A program made the position numbers and the translations under genes. The notes under the pieces are model-generated. The model did not search any database. It was not told the origin of the DNA and saw only the letters and a list, made by a program, of their open reading frames with translations. From the IMG/VR virus record IMGVR_UViG_3300011116_001048, positions 32,001-96,000 of that record: a stretch of 64,000 bases of DNA. One strand, given 5' to 3'. The stretch is from a virus. Positions within the stretch are counted from its first letter, which is position 1; each line of letters starts with the position of its first letter. This document shows positions 29,190 through 38,993 of this stretch, one piece after another.

Positions 29190-29191
29190 TC

Positions 29192-29830
29192 ATGAAAACT
29201 GAAGTGATTTCTTTTTATAGTGACATAGACGGTAAAACATATTACAGCGATCATGCAAAACGGCTACACGAACAGTTAGTTCGTTTAAATATACCACATG
29301 ATATCAGACAAAAAGATTCTTTAGGTTCGTATCAAAAAAATTGTCTGAGTAAACCACAATTCATTTATCAACTGTTAGTCCAAAAACAAAAACCACTTGT
29401 TTGGTTGGATATTGATTCAGACGTGCGAAAAGATCTGAATATATTTGATCAATTTATAGGAAATACAGATTTGGCAGTCGCATGTTCTACCAACAAACTG
29501 CACGCAGCAAAAGCATCACCGATCTATTTAGATTTTAATTCCAAAGTATTGGAATTTTTACAACACTGGACCTTTATGGCAAAACAAATGGCTAACAATG
29601 GCCAATGGTTTGATCATGAAGCTTTAATAGGAATTTTACACTCTTTCTACCAAAAAGAAGGATTTCGTATGAAATTTATAGGTCCAGAATATTGTGTATG
29701 GCCCGGTCAAGAAAATGAACATTCGGCTATTGTAATGGGTCTAGCGGATGCTGATTCAAAGAAAGAAGCTCTGAAAAGATTAGGAATGAGTGAGGATTTA
29801 ATAGCATGGCAGAGTCCCGGTACAAAATAA
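29192..29830 (+). CDS. Putative GT-A nucleotide-diphospho-sugar transferase
   Basis: KP.FI before the DxD motif WLDID, then DHEAL; pattern of GT77/GT34-like enzymes. Confidence 0.6.
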   Translation: MKTEVISFYSDIDGKTYYSDHAKRLHEQLVRLNIPHDIRQKDSLGSYQKNCLSKPQFIYQLLVQKQKPLVWLDIDSDVRKDLNIFDQFIGNTDLAVACSTNKLHAAKASPIYLDFNSKVLEFLQHWTFMAKQMANNGQWFDHEALIGILHSFYQKEGFRMKFIGPEYCVWPGQENEHSAIVMGLADADSKKEALKRLGMSEDLIAWQSPGTK

Positions 29831-30690
29831 AAGGAATAGGTCTTCCTTTTGATGCGTCTCATTCGTCTTGTTCTAATATAAAACCAAAAAAATTTGATTG
29901 GAATTTACAAACAGGAATATGTAACGTCCATGTTGATCGTGGATTGATGATTCGTCCTGATTATTCTTTTGAAAAAAATAAAACATTCGGATGGGTGTGT
30001 GAGTCCAAATTTATTGTTCCGGACGTTTATAATTTTTTAATTCATAATTATAAAATTTTATTTGAAAATTATTATAATAAAATATTTACATGCGATCATG
30101 AATTATTATCTTTGCATAAAAATTTTATATATTGCCCTAATGGTAGTAATTATCCTTGGGTAAATAAAAATGATTGGAAAATTTACTCTAAAAATAAAAC
30201 ATGTTCGATGTTTTGTTCTCCAAAATTGATGACAGAAGGGCATGTATACAGACATCAAATTGCGAGATTAGCTCTTGATTGTGGTTTTGATGTATTTGGC
30301 GGTGCACACGGAACAAAAAGAACAGTAACAGATATACGCAATCCATGGAATACTAAAATAGATGGTATCAGAGATTATATGTTTAGTATCGTGGTAGAAA
30401 ATGGTGTTTACGATGCGTACACCACAGAAAAAATAACAGATTGTTTTGCCACAGGTACTATTCCTATATACGTAGGAACAAAACAAATCCCAAGCTGTTT
30501 TGATCCACAGGGAATTATTTGGTTGGAAATGGACAAAGAAAAACAAATACTTGATACTTTAACCGAAGAATTATACATATCTAAGATTAAGTCAATAGAG
30601 CACAATTTAAATGCTTTGAGTCATTTTAAATTAGCAGATGATTACTTATACGAGATGATAGAACATGAAATTTTTAACCCAACTAAATAG
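29806..30690 (+). CDS. GT10 (alpha-1,3-fucosyltransferase-like) glycosyltransferase
   Basis: GT10 motif K...I.DY.FSI.VEN.....Y.TEK..DCF..G.IPIY.G. Confidence 0.8.
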   Translation: MAESRYKIKGIGLPFDASHSSCSNIKPKKFDWNLQTGICNVHVDRGLMIRPDYSFEKNKTFGWVCESKFIVPDVYNFLIHNYKILFENYYNKIFTCDHELLSLHKNFIYCPNGSNYPWVNKNDWKIYSKNKTCSMFCSPKLMTEGHVYRHQIARLALDCGFDVFGGAHGTKRTVTDIRNPWNTKIDGIRDYMFSIVVENGVYDAYTTEKITDCFATGTIPIYVGTKQIPSCFDPQGIIWLEMDKEKQILDTLTEELYISKIKSIEHNLNALSHFKLADDYLYEMIEHEIFNPTK

Positions 30691-31327
30691 TGGCTGTATT
30701 GATATCTGTAAAAATATGATTAAATCTGGAGAATTAGTAGGATTAAATCCAGATGATTTTATTATTGCTTGCCTGGATAAAAATGCACACAACGAATTGA
30801 AGCATTATAAAGGTGCGTTTTTATATCAAGAAACACCATTAACAAATTATCAAAATTGGTCTTTTGATCCGTCTAGTAATTTTAGACAAATTGTTAAAAA
30901 TAAATGGAAATTAATTAAAGAAATATACCAAACACATAAATCTCTTTGTTGGATCGATACGGATATTGTGTTTAAATCAAATCCATTACCCATAATCGAC
31001 AACCACACTCATATACTGTTTCAATGCGATACTCCCGGTTCTTTTATTTGTTCTGGATTTATGGTATTTAATAATACAAAAGAATGTGAACAACTAATAT
31101 CTGAATGTGGAGAAAACACAGAAGAAGACGATCAAATTTTAATCAACAATAAAGTAAGAAAGTACGCAAACAGCTGTGGCATATTAGATCAAGAAAAATT
31201 TCCAAATGGTTATGTGTATCATACACTAGGAAAGAAAGACAAAGCCGTGATAGTGCACAATAATCATATGGTGGGGATTGATACAAAAATTAATAAATTT
31301 AAACAAGAAGGAATGTGGCATATATGA
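30665..31327 (+). CDS. Nucleotide-diphospho-sugar transferase (GT77-like)
   Basis: Motifs ACLD, K.K.I, W.DTD.VF..NP, CSGF, DDQ...N, FPNG and VH.N..VG...K. Confidence 0.75.
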   Translation: MKFLTQLNSGCIDICKNMIKSGELVGLNPDDFIIACLDKNAHNELKHYKGAFLYQETPLTNYQNWSFDPSSNFRQIVKNKWKLIKEIYQTHKSLCWIDTDIVFKSNPLPIIDNHTHILFQCDTPGSFICSGFMVFNNTKECEQLISECGENTEEDDQILINNKVRKYANSCGILDQEKFPNGYVYHTLGKKDKAVIVHNNHMVGIDTKINKFKQEGMWHI

Positions 31328-32172
31328 TCTATACAGAAGACCGATTTAGAATTAAACCCAGTTATCCAACATATCCACCATATCATATTGGTGATTATCT
31401 TGAAGATTATTTTTATAATAAATTTTCAAAAGAATTACCACATGTAAATGCAGATTATATTGGTATAAGTTGGACTACACTATACTGTGATAATAAAAAA
31501 CAAGATCTCCAAGAATATTTAAATAATCTTCCTATAAATGGTAACTATTTTACAGTGAGTCAACACGATGATGCTCCCATGGAGCATTTACCAAAAAATA
31601 CTTTGTGTTTTTCTGCTGGAGGAAATATACAAAAATCTGGTATAGTACCAATACCTTTAGTTTGTTCAGAATTACCAATAAAATCACAACAAGAAACACA
31701 TAAACGAGAATTGCTTGCATGTTTTGTTGGTTCTTATACTCACCCTATCAGACAAAAATTAATGAAAATTTGTGAAAATATAAAAGATATTACATTTTAT
31801 ATGAGACAATCAACTGGTAAGCCTTTGATACAAGATGAATTTAAAATGTTTATAAACAGTGCAATAAACAGTAAATTTTGTTTATGTCCTAGAGGATACG
31901 GTTTAAATAGTTTTAGATTATATGAATGTATGCAATTGGGTTGCATACCAGTTATTATAACAAATAAATTTTATTTACCATGGGAAGATGAATTAAATTG
32001 GAATGATTTTTCTGTTCTGATAACAGAAAATGATTTACCCAATTTAGAAAATATTTTACGATCATATTCCGATGAAAAAATAGAATATATGAGAAATAAA
32101 ATAAAACAACTATGGCCTATTTATTTTTCTCTAAATGGTGTTTATAACAATATAATCAAGAGAATCAAATAA
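31324..32172 (+). CDS. Exostosin-family (GT47) glycosyltransferase
   Basis: Motifs F.GS..HPIR..L, SKFCLCPRG.G..SFRLYE.M..GCIPVII....LP....L.W..FSV. ATGA-coupled start. Confidence 0.85.
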   Translation: MIYTEDRFRIKPSYPTYPPYHIGDYLEDYFYNKFSKELPHVNADYIGISWTTLYCDNKKQDLQEYLNNLPINGNYFTVSQHDDAPMEHLPKNTLCFSAGGNIQKSGIVPIPLVCSELPIKSQQETHKRELLACFVGSYTHPIRQKLMKICENIKDITFYMRQSTGKPLIQDEFKMFINSAINSKFCLCPRGYGLNSFRLYECMQLGCIPVIITNKFYLPWEDELNWNDFSVLITENDLPNLENILRSYSDEKIEYMRNKIKQLWPIYFSLNGVYNNIIKRIK

Positions 32173-32801
32173 TGAAAATATTTTTAGTACACAAAAAAGG
32201 ATTAAAAAACAGACTTAATAACATTTTAGAGTTATTAACTAAATGTAATTTTGTAGAAGATATAGAAATTGTTACTTCTGAAGATAGCTCTGTTGTATTT
32301 GCTTCAGATGCGGAAAGAAATTCAATACTTCTTCCTAATTTTCCAAACAAAAATTTAACAAATAAAGAAAAATCATTATATCATAAACAATATAAAATAT
32401 TAGAAAAAATATCAAATTTAACAGAACCTGCATTAGTTTTTGAAGATGATGTTTTTTTTGATCCTATAATTCTAGAAAAATTTATTGCTGATTTAAAAAA
32501 TATTCCTAATGATTGGGATTTTATATTTTTTGGAACCGGTTGTAATTTAAGTATAGAAGGACAGGGATTTGTTAAAAACACAAAACTATTAAAGTCAAAA
32601 TGTACAGACAGCATGTTAATAACACCATCAGCTGCTAATAAATTATTTAATGAGATAAAACAAAATAAAGCATATTATGCATACGATTGGGATTTAAATT
32701 ATAGGTTTCTTAAATTAAATATGAATGTATACTGGTATGAGCCAGGTATAACTATTCAGGGTTCACAAAATAACATTTATAAAAGTGAAATACAAATATG
32801 A
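32172..32801 (+). CDS. GT25-like glycosyltransferase
   Basis: Motifs R..I, SL..K, LVFEDDV, WD.IF.G and T...LI...AA.KL. Confidence 0.7.
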   Translation: MKIFLVHKKGLKNRLNNILELLTKCNFVEDIEIVTSEDSSVVFASDAERNSILLPNFPNKNLTNKEKSLYHKQYKILEKISNLTEPALVFEDDVFFDPIILEKFIADLKNIPNDWDFIFFGTGCNLSIEGQGFVKNTKLLKSKCTDSMLITPSAANKLFNEIKQNKAYYAYDWDLNYRFLKLNMNVYWYEPGITIQGSQNNIYKSEIQI

Positions 32802-33574
32802 AAATAGAAATAATAACATTACCGAGTGCAAAAAATAGACAAGAAAGAATGCAAAAATTATTTGGTGAATTTAATTTACTATTTACATTCAAAAATGGTA
32901 TATCTCAAGATGAATGTTCTTTTGAAAATATTCATGGGCTGTGGTATGTTAATTGTAAAGGTAAAAAATTTTTAATAAATGAACCAAAAATATTAAAATA
33001 TACAAATCGAGCTTGGATGCGTTTTGGAGAAATTGCGGCATATCTTGCCCATTATTTTTTATGGAAAGAGTTTTTAAACACGGAAGACGAATATTTGGTT
33101 ATCTGTGAAGATGATGCAAAACCACAATCAAATTTATCTAAATTAAAACAATTATTTTTATCAAATAATGATGTTTGTTTTTTAAATCTACAAGCAGTAA
33201 CAGCACACAATCAATCAAAAACCCCCGGTTACAATTTTCCTCATGTTAACGTACTATCTCCAGATCTGGTAGAATACATTAATACCCCAGCACTTCCATT
33301 ATTATGTGAAGGATTGGCCGCATACGCCATAAACAAAAATGGAGCTAAAATTTTAACCGATTACGTAGAAAATAATGGTTATGTTGGTCCTAATGATTGT
33401 ATGTTAGCTCAAGTAGTCAAAGAAAATATTTTAAAAATACATTCTCCAAAAGATATAGACCAGTATTTTTTATTAGATGAGCAGACATATGAACATTCAT
33501 ATACCCATAGCGGAAAATTTGAATTATTACATAATTTTAATACAACTTATATTAATAAAGTTACACAATTTTGA
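32798..33574 (+). CDS. GT25-family glycosyltransferase
   Basis: Motifs I.L.....R...M, GEIA.Y..H..LW, I.EDDA, AY.I...GA..L and P.D. Confidence 0.8.
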   Translation: MKIEIITLPSAKNRQERMQKLFGEFNLLFTFKNGISQDECSFENIHGLWYVNCKGKKFLINEPKILKYTNRAWMRFGEIAAYLAHYFLWKEFLNTEDEYLVICEDDAKPQSNLSKLKQLFLSNNDVCFLNLQAVTAHNQSKTPGYNFPHVNVLSPDLVEYINTPALPLLCEGLAAYAINKNGAKILTDYVENNGYVGPNDCMLAQVVKENILKIHSPKDIDQYFLLDEQTYEHSYTHSGKFELLHNFNTTYINKVTQF

Positions 33575-33610
33575 TATAAGATATACTGATAGACCTTTAA
33601 GGAAATAATA

Positions 33611-34462
33611 ATGAACATATCATTTATTGATTTTTGGGATGGATTCGTATATGAAAATAATTTTTTTATTGATTTATTAAAATCAATGAATAGAAATTAC
33701 AATTTAGTTCCATTTTCAGACAAAACTGATGTTTTAATTTATTCTTGTTTTGGTGAAAGGCACAAAGCAGCAAACAGAAATAAAGTTAAAAAAATATTTT
33801 ATACCGGAGAAAATGTAAGACCAAATTATAATGATTGTGATTATAGTTTAACATTTGATTTTGATACGTATTCTCATAAAAATATACGATTACCTTTATG
33901 GTTATTACAATTAGATTGGTTTAATAAAAAAAACTATGGCAATCCACAATTTGTCATTCCATTACAAGAAATAGCTTATAATAAATGGATACAAAAAGAA
34001 AAAACTCAATTTTGTTCTATTGTTTTTAATAATCCCTCACCATATAGAATAGAAATGATACAAAAGTTGTCAAAATATAAACCAGTTCATTGTTATGGAA
34101 GAGTAACTAATAACTCTATTCCTTATGGAGAAGATACTAAATGTGAATTAATATCTAATTATAAATTTAATATATGTTTTGAAAATTCAATACATCCAGG
34201 CTATTATACAGAAAAATTAATACACGCAAAAATATCAGGATGTCTTCCTTTGTATTGGGCAGACAATAATTGTGAAAAAGATTTCAATCCAAATTCATTT
34301 TTAAATCTTTACAATTTTAATAGTATAAATGAATTTGTAGATAGAGTTATATGGTTAGATAACAATCAAGAAGAATATAATAAAATTTGCGACGAATATC
34401 TTTTTAAGGATAAGGTTTTATCACTAGATAATATAAAACAACAGCTTACTAATATTTTATAA
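33611..34462 (+). CDS. GT10 alpha-1,3-fucosyltransferase-like enzyme
   Basis: Motifs F.GEN.RP, FCS.V..N....R, K......YKFNICFENS..PGYYTEK..HA...G..P.YW; H. pylori FucT-type layout. Confidence 0.87.
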   Translation: MNISFIDFWDGFVYENNFFIDLLKSMNRNYNLVPFSDKTDVLIYSCFGERHKAANRNKVKKIFYTGENVRPNYNDCDYSLTFDFDTYSHKNIRLPLWLLQLDWFNKKNYGNPQFVIPLQEIAYNKWIQKEKTQFCSIVFNNPSPYRIEMIQKLSKYKPVHCYGRVTNNSIPYGEDTKCELISNYKFNICFENSIHPGYYTEKLIHAKISGCLPLYWADNNCEKDFNPNSFLNLYNFNSINEFVDRVIWLDNNQEEYNKICDEYLFKDKVLSLDNIKQQLTNIL

Positions 34463-34479
34463 ATGAAAGAAACATTTTT

Positions 34480-35118
34480 ATGATATATCAAAGAGAAAGT
34501 ACTTTACCATACCCCCAACCATGGGAATATGTTATGCATAACATATTTAATAATGCAAAAAATTTATTTTTTGTTGATGTTGGAGCTCATGATGGATTAT
34601 GTTCATCTAATACAGCATATGCCGAAATGGATTTAGAATGGAATGGTATTTGTGTAGAACCACACCCAGATGTATACCCCAAGCTAATAAAAAATAGAAA
34701 ATGCAAAACCTACAATTGTTGTATAAGTCAAAATACTGAAGAAGTAGAATTTTGTAGTATACGAGGATATTCTGAGATGTTAAGTGGGATAAAATCAGCA
34801 TATGACGAAAAACATATGGATAGAATCAAAAATGAAATTACAAATCATGGCGGTGAATTAAATATAATAAAAATTCAATCCAAAACATTAAATGATTTAT
34901 TTCAAGAAAATAATATAAATCATATTAATTATCTTTCTATTGATACCGAAGGATCCGAATTAAACGTTTTAAAAAGTGTAGATTTGAACAAATACAAAAT
35001 AGATGTAATAAGTGCAGAAAATAATGGTTACAATTCAGATGTTAAAGATTATTTAAATGATTTATATCTTTTTGTTGGTAAAGTTTGCCACGATGAAATT
35101 TATGTGAGAAAACCATAA
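34480..35118 (+). CDS. FkbM-family SAM methyltransferase
   Basis: Motifs FFVDVGA.DG...SNT, W.GIC.EP.P and I.YLSIDTEG.E..VL. Confidence 0.9.
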   Translation: MIYQRESTLPYPQPWEYVMHNIFNNAKNLFFVDVGAHDGLCSSNTAYAEMDLEWNGICVEPHPDVYPKLIKNRKCKTYNCCISQNTEEVEFCSIRGYSEMLSGIKSAYDEKHMDRIKNEITNHGGELNIIKIQSKTLNDLFQENNINHINYLSIDTEGSELNVLKSVDLNKYKIDVISAENNGYNSDVKDYLNDLYLFVGKVCHDEIYVRKP

Positions 35119-36119
35119 TGAAAACTATTTGCTTTTATACACCACATTTCACTGTAAGAGGAACAGAAGTAGCCGTTTACGACTATGCTCATTATAATGA
35201 AAAAATATTAGGAAATAAATCTATAATTGTTCATCATAAAAATGATTCCAGAAATGAGGCAGAATCTGTTACTAAGTTTAAAAATAGATTTGATGTTGTT
35301 TCTATGGAAGGATTCAATTATATTGAAAATAATCCAAGAGCTCATGCCGCAGAAGTTGTAACTCAATTAAATAAAGTTATCGAAACTAATAAAGCAGATG
35401 CCATGTATTTAATAAAAGGTGGTTGGAATGATGGTATAGTTCCAACAGCATGCAAAAGCCTCATACACTGCTGTGGGCTTCCTCCAGTAACAGAGAAGCA
35501 CGGTGATCGTTATGCGTACGTTTCTTATTGGTGCAGTCAACATTGCTCTAATGGAACCATACCAGCAGTTCCGCATATGGTAGATTTACCAGATATAAAT
35601 GAAGATTTTAGATTAGAATTAAATATTCCACAAAATGCAACAGTATTTGGTAGGTCTGGAGGATATGATACTTTTGATCTTCCATGGGTAAAACAAATTA
35701 TACAAGAAGTATTAAAACGACGATCTGATATTTTCTTTATATTTTTAAATACTGAAAAGTTTATAGATCATCCAAATGTAATTCATCTGGGTAAAAACAC
35801 AGATTTAATTTATAAAACAAAATTTATTAATACTTGTGATGCAATGCTTCATGGTAGATTTATTGGTGAATCTTTTGGTTTGAGCTGTGGAGAATTTTCT
35901 ATAAGAAATAAACCAGTAATAACTTGGTTTGGTTCTAAAGAAAGAAATCACATCTATATTTTAGGCGACAGAGGAATTTATTATAATAACCCTACAGATT
36001 TATTTAAAATATTAATGAATTATGATCGAGAATATTACCTAAATAAAGACAACAATTGCTATAGAGATTATAGCCCAGAAAAAATAATTAAGGTATTTGA
36101 TGAGGTTTATTTAAAATGA
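35118..36119 (+). CDS. Putative GT-B (GT4-like) glycosyltransferase
   Basis: N-terminal RGT..A.YDYA.YNE.ILG, and the donor-binding-like motif CDAMLH.R..GESFGL..GEFS. Confidence 0.7.
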   Translation: MKTICFYTPHFTVRGTEVAVYDYAHYNEKILGNKSIIVHHKNDSRNEAESVTKFKNRFDVVSMEGFNYIENNPRAHAAEVVTQLNKVIETNKADAMYLIKGGWNDGIVPTACKSLIHCCGLPPVTEKHGDRYAYVSYWCSQHCSNGTIPAVPHMVDLPDINEDFRLELNIPQNATVFGRSGGYDTFDLPWVKQIIQEVLKRRSDIFFIFLNTEKFIDHPNVIHLGKNTDLIYKTKFINTCDAMLHGRFIGESFGLSCGEFSIRNKPVITWFGSKERNHIYILGDRGIYYNNPTDLFKILMNYDREYYLNKDNNCYRDYSPEKIIKVFDEVYLK

Positions 36120-36934
36120 AAAACAATCTAGTAATTACAACTTCTTTATTTGATCTAAATAGACAAAATTGGAAAAATTATAATAGATCTATAGATCAAT
36201 ATAAAGCTTATTCTAAAGGAATGTTGTCGCTTGATTGCGACATGGTAATTTATACACAGCCGCAATTTAAAACTTATTTTGAAGAAGCAAGATCAGGTAA
36301 AGAAAATAAAACAAAAATAATAACAATGAGTTTGGAAGAAATTCCATATTATGAATATATGGAAGAAATAACAAACTTAATGAATAGTGATTTTTTTATT
36401 AAAAATGTAAGAAATGTACCTGGAATTGATATATACAGACCAGAAGCAAATTATCCAATTTATAATATTATACAATTTGCAAAATCAAAATTTGTTAAAA
36501 ATACAATAAAAAATAATTATTTTAATTCCAAATACCATTGTTGGATGGATGTTGGCATTTATCATGACAAATACCCCGAAAGATTTAAAAATAAAAAATA
36601 TCCTAGTAGGAATTTAGAACAATTAGATGATGAAAAGATTCACCATTTTTATGTCGATTTTCCAAGAGAAACTGATTTGAATAAGTTAGAATATTATTCA
36701 ATGATTGGTGATGTTAGAATGGCCGGTGGTTGGTTTGGTGGAGTTAAAAATTCTATGATATTGTATTCAGAATTAATAGAAGATGTTGTAAAACAGTCTA
36801 TAAAAGAAAATGTTATTTCCGATGATCAAAACATGTATACAATAGCGTATTTACAAAATAAAGATAAATTTACACTACATGATGGAAGGTTTGCAGTAAA
36901 TCCCATGTTTGCTGGTCTGGATTATTTTCTATGA
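36116..36934 (+). CDS. HtrL/YibB (WlaTC)-family glycan-associated protein
   Basis: Motifs .T..FD..R..W....RS...Y, M.I.T, Y..I...K..FV, W.D.G, AGG.FGG and DDQ. Confidence 0.75.
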   Translation: MKNNLVITTSLFDLNRQNWKNYNRSIDQYKAYSKGMLSLDCDMVIYTQPQFKTYFEEARSGKENKTKIITMSLEEIPYYEYMEEITNLMNSDFFIKNVRNVPGIDIYRPEANYPIYNIIQFAKSKFVKNTIKNNYFNSKYHCWMDVGIYHDKYPERFKNKKYPSRNLEQLDDEKIHHFYVDFPRETDLNKLEYYSMIGDVRMAGGWFGGVKNSMILYSELIEDVVKQSIKENVISDDQNMYTIAYLQNKDKFTLHDGRFAVNPMFAGLDYFL

Positions 36935-37755
36935 TTAGTGTTACACTGTATGGTCGTTTAGGTAATCATTTATGGCAATATGCTGTTTGTAGAACTGTTG
37001 CTGAACAAAAAAACTACGAATATCATATTCCTAAAAATTTTTTAGGAATTCATCTGTTTGATTGTTCTTTGGGTACAGAACAAGATCTAACAAATAAATG
37101 TTTTCCAACATGTAATAACCACGATCAGATGCAAAAATACGATCCAGAAATATTTAATATTGAAGATTTTACAAAAATAGATGGTTATGTTCAAACAGAA
37201 AAATACATTAAACATAATAAAAAAAATATAATAGAATGGTTTAAACCAAAACATGATGTCACTCCAATAATAAAAGAACTAAAATTAGATGAGGATGTTT
37301 GTGTTATTGGATTTAGAGGAGGGGATTATAAAGATAAACCTCACGTATATCTTAATATAAAGTTTTATTACGATTCTATGGATTATATGCGAAGTATAAA
37401 TCCTAATATTAAATTTATTATTATTACAGATGATCCAGAAGAAGCAAAGAAGCATTTTTCTGAATATCCAATTTATAATTATGGAATGGTTGGAGATTTT
37501 TATGCGATACAATTTGCAAAATATTTAATAATAGCAAATTCCACATTTTATTGGTGGGCAGCTTGGTTGAATACCAGATCAAAAGTAACCGTTCTTCCAA
37601 AGTATTGGTTACGACATAATATAAGTGAAGGGTGGTGGATGCCTTCTGATTCTCTAACAGAAGATTTTATTTATATTGATAGAGATGGAAAAGTCCAAAC
37701 TTATGAGCATTGTTTGGCCGAAATAACAGATATAAATTATCAACCGCAATACTAA
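36931..37755 (+). CDS. GT11 (alpha-1,2-fucosyltransferase-like) glycosyltransferase
   Basis: Motifs GRLGN.L.QYA, DGY.Q..KY, RGGDY, TDD.E and IIANSTF.WWAAWLN. Confidence 0.85.
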   Translation: MISVTLYGRLGNHLWQYAVCRTVAEQKNYEYHIPKNFLGIHLFDCSLGTEQDLTNKCFPTCNNHDQMQKYDPEIFNIEDFTKIDGYVQTEKYIKHNKKNIIEWFKPKHDVTPIIKELKLDEDVCVIGFRGGDYKDKPHVYLNIKFYYDSMDYMRSINPNIKFIIITDDPEEAKKHFSEYPIYNYGMVGDFYAIQFAKYLIIANSTFYWWAAWLNTRSKVTVLPKYWLRHNISEGWWMPSDSLTEDFIYIDRDGKVQTYEHCLAEITDINYQPQY

Positions 37756-37761
37756 TTTATC

Positions 37762-38388
37762 ATGCTAAATTTAGTAATAATAACTTCTGTAATTAATGCG
37801 TTTGTTCCATCTATATATTCTTCAACAGAAAGATTAGAACAAACTTTAAGATCTATACAAACAGTCAAAGACAAAATACCAAATTCTTATATAGTATTGC
37901 TAGAAGGAAGTCAATTAAATGAAGATCACTCCATTATCTTACGAAGCAAAACAGATGAATTATTTTATATAGATGTTTCTGGATTACCAAAAAGTGTTGG
38001 AGAATTAACTTTATTGGATTCGTATTTAAATTGTGAAAATTTTAATATTATTAAAGATAAAATTAATAGTTTAAGTAAATTATCTGGCAGATATTATCTA
38101 AATGATAATTTTAAATTTGTTGATAATAATTTATGTATGGTAAAAAAAACAGATAAATCATGGAGCGGAAAAGGAACGTACGATACCAGATTTTATAAAA
38201 TACCAAAAATTTTATTAAATAATTATATTACGAATTTAAAACAAGTTTATTTGAATAGGTATAATATACACGATATTGAACATGGGTTTTACGAATATCA
38301 AGTTATATCAAAAGACAATATAATGCTCTTAGATAAACTAGGAGTGTCCGGTAATTATGCCCCAAATGGGGGATATGTAGAGGATTAA
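37762..38388 (+). CDS. Hypothetical protein, probably glycosyltransferase-like
   Basis: ITS.I...ER..QT...I..V..KIP...I.L.EGS and KLSGRY.LN.NF; GT-A-like topology and operon context. Confidence 0.45.
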   Translation: MLNLVIITSVINAFVPSIYSSTERLEQTLRSIQTVKDKIPNSYIVLLEGSQLNEDHSIILRSKTDELFYIDVSGLPKSVGELTLLDSYLNCENFNIIKDKINSLSKLSGRYYLNDNFKFVDNNLCMVKKTDKSWSGKGTYDTRFYKIPKILLNNYITNLKQVYLNRYNIHDIEHGFYEYQVISKDNIMLLDKLGVSGNYAPNGGYVED

Positions 38389-38390
38389 AT

Positions 38391-38993
38391 ATGCTAAGAA
38401 CAGAAATTATTAATTTATTAATAAACAAGAATAACTACGAATCATATTTAGAAATTGGAATAGGCGATGGTGGTAATTTTACACAAATAAATTGCAAAAC
38501 AAAAATCAGTGTAGATCCGCATCCAGAATGTTACAAATTAAATCCAACATTTAAAATGACTTCTGATGAGTTTTTTAAAATTAATAAACAAAAATTTGAT
38601 ATCATTTTTGTAGATGGCCTTCATACATTCGAGCAAACATACATCGATATCAAAAATGCGTTATCGTGTTTAAATGAAAATGGAATAGTATTAGCTCATG
38701 ATACTTTACCACCATCCGAATACCACCAACGAGAACCAGACCAATATAAGATTGGGGAGGCATGGAATGGTACTTGCTGGAAAGCAATTGCCAAACTTAG
38801 AATAGAAGAAGAAAATCTGACAATTAATACGGTCGATACTGATTGGGGGGTTTCTTTAATTAAATTTGGTAAAAATAATAAATTTAATACAGAAAAAAAT
38901 TCAACATTAGATTACTTATTTTTTTCTAAAAATAAATTAAATTTAATGAACATAATTACAATTGAACAATTTAAAAATTTATATTTATCATGA
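38391..38993 (+). CDS. Class I SAM methyltransferase (Methyltransf_24-like)
   Basis: Motifs SYLEIG...G, SVDP, SD.FF, FD.IFVDGLH..EQ...DI.NAL..L..NG....HD and D.DWG. Confidence 0.85.
   Translation: MLRTEIINLLINKNNYESYLEIGIGDGGNFTQINCKTKISVDPHPECYKLNPTFKMTSDEFFKINKQKFDIIFVDGLHTFEQTYIDIKNALSCLNENGIVLAHDTLPPSEYHQREPDQYKIGEAWNGTCWKAIAKLRIEEENLTINTVDTDWGVSLIKFGKNNKFNTEKNSTLDYLFFSKNKLNLMNIITIEQFKNLYLS

Noticed and set aside
33561-33587. Internal sigma70 promoter before the second GT10 gene
   Set aside because: TATACT is present, but the best -35 (TTACAC) is at 15-nt spacing in very AT-rich DNA, which is too weak to call.
35118-36119. T4-style DNA glucosyltransferase for hmC
   Set aside because: Only a generic GT-B motif is seen, there is no dCMP hydroxymethylase in the window, and the neighbours are glycan-chain enzymes. 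It is kept only as an alternative hypothesis.
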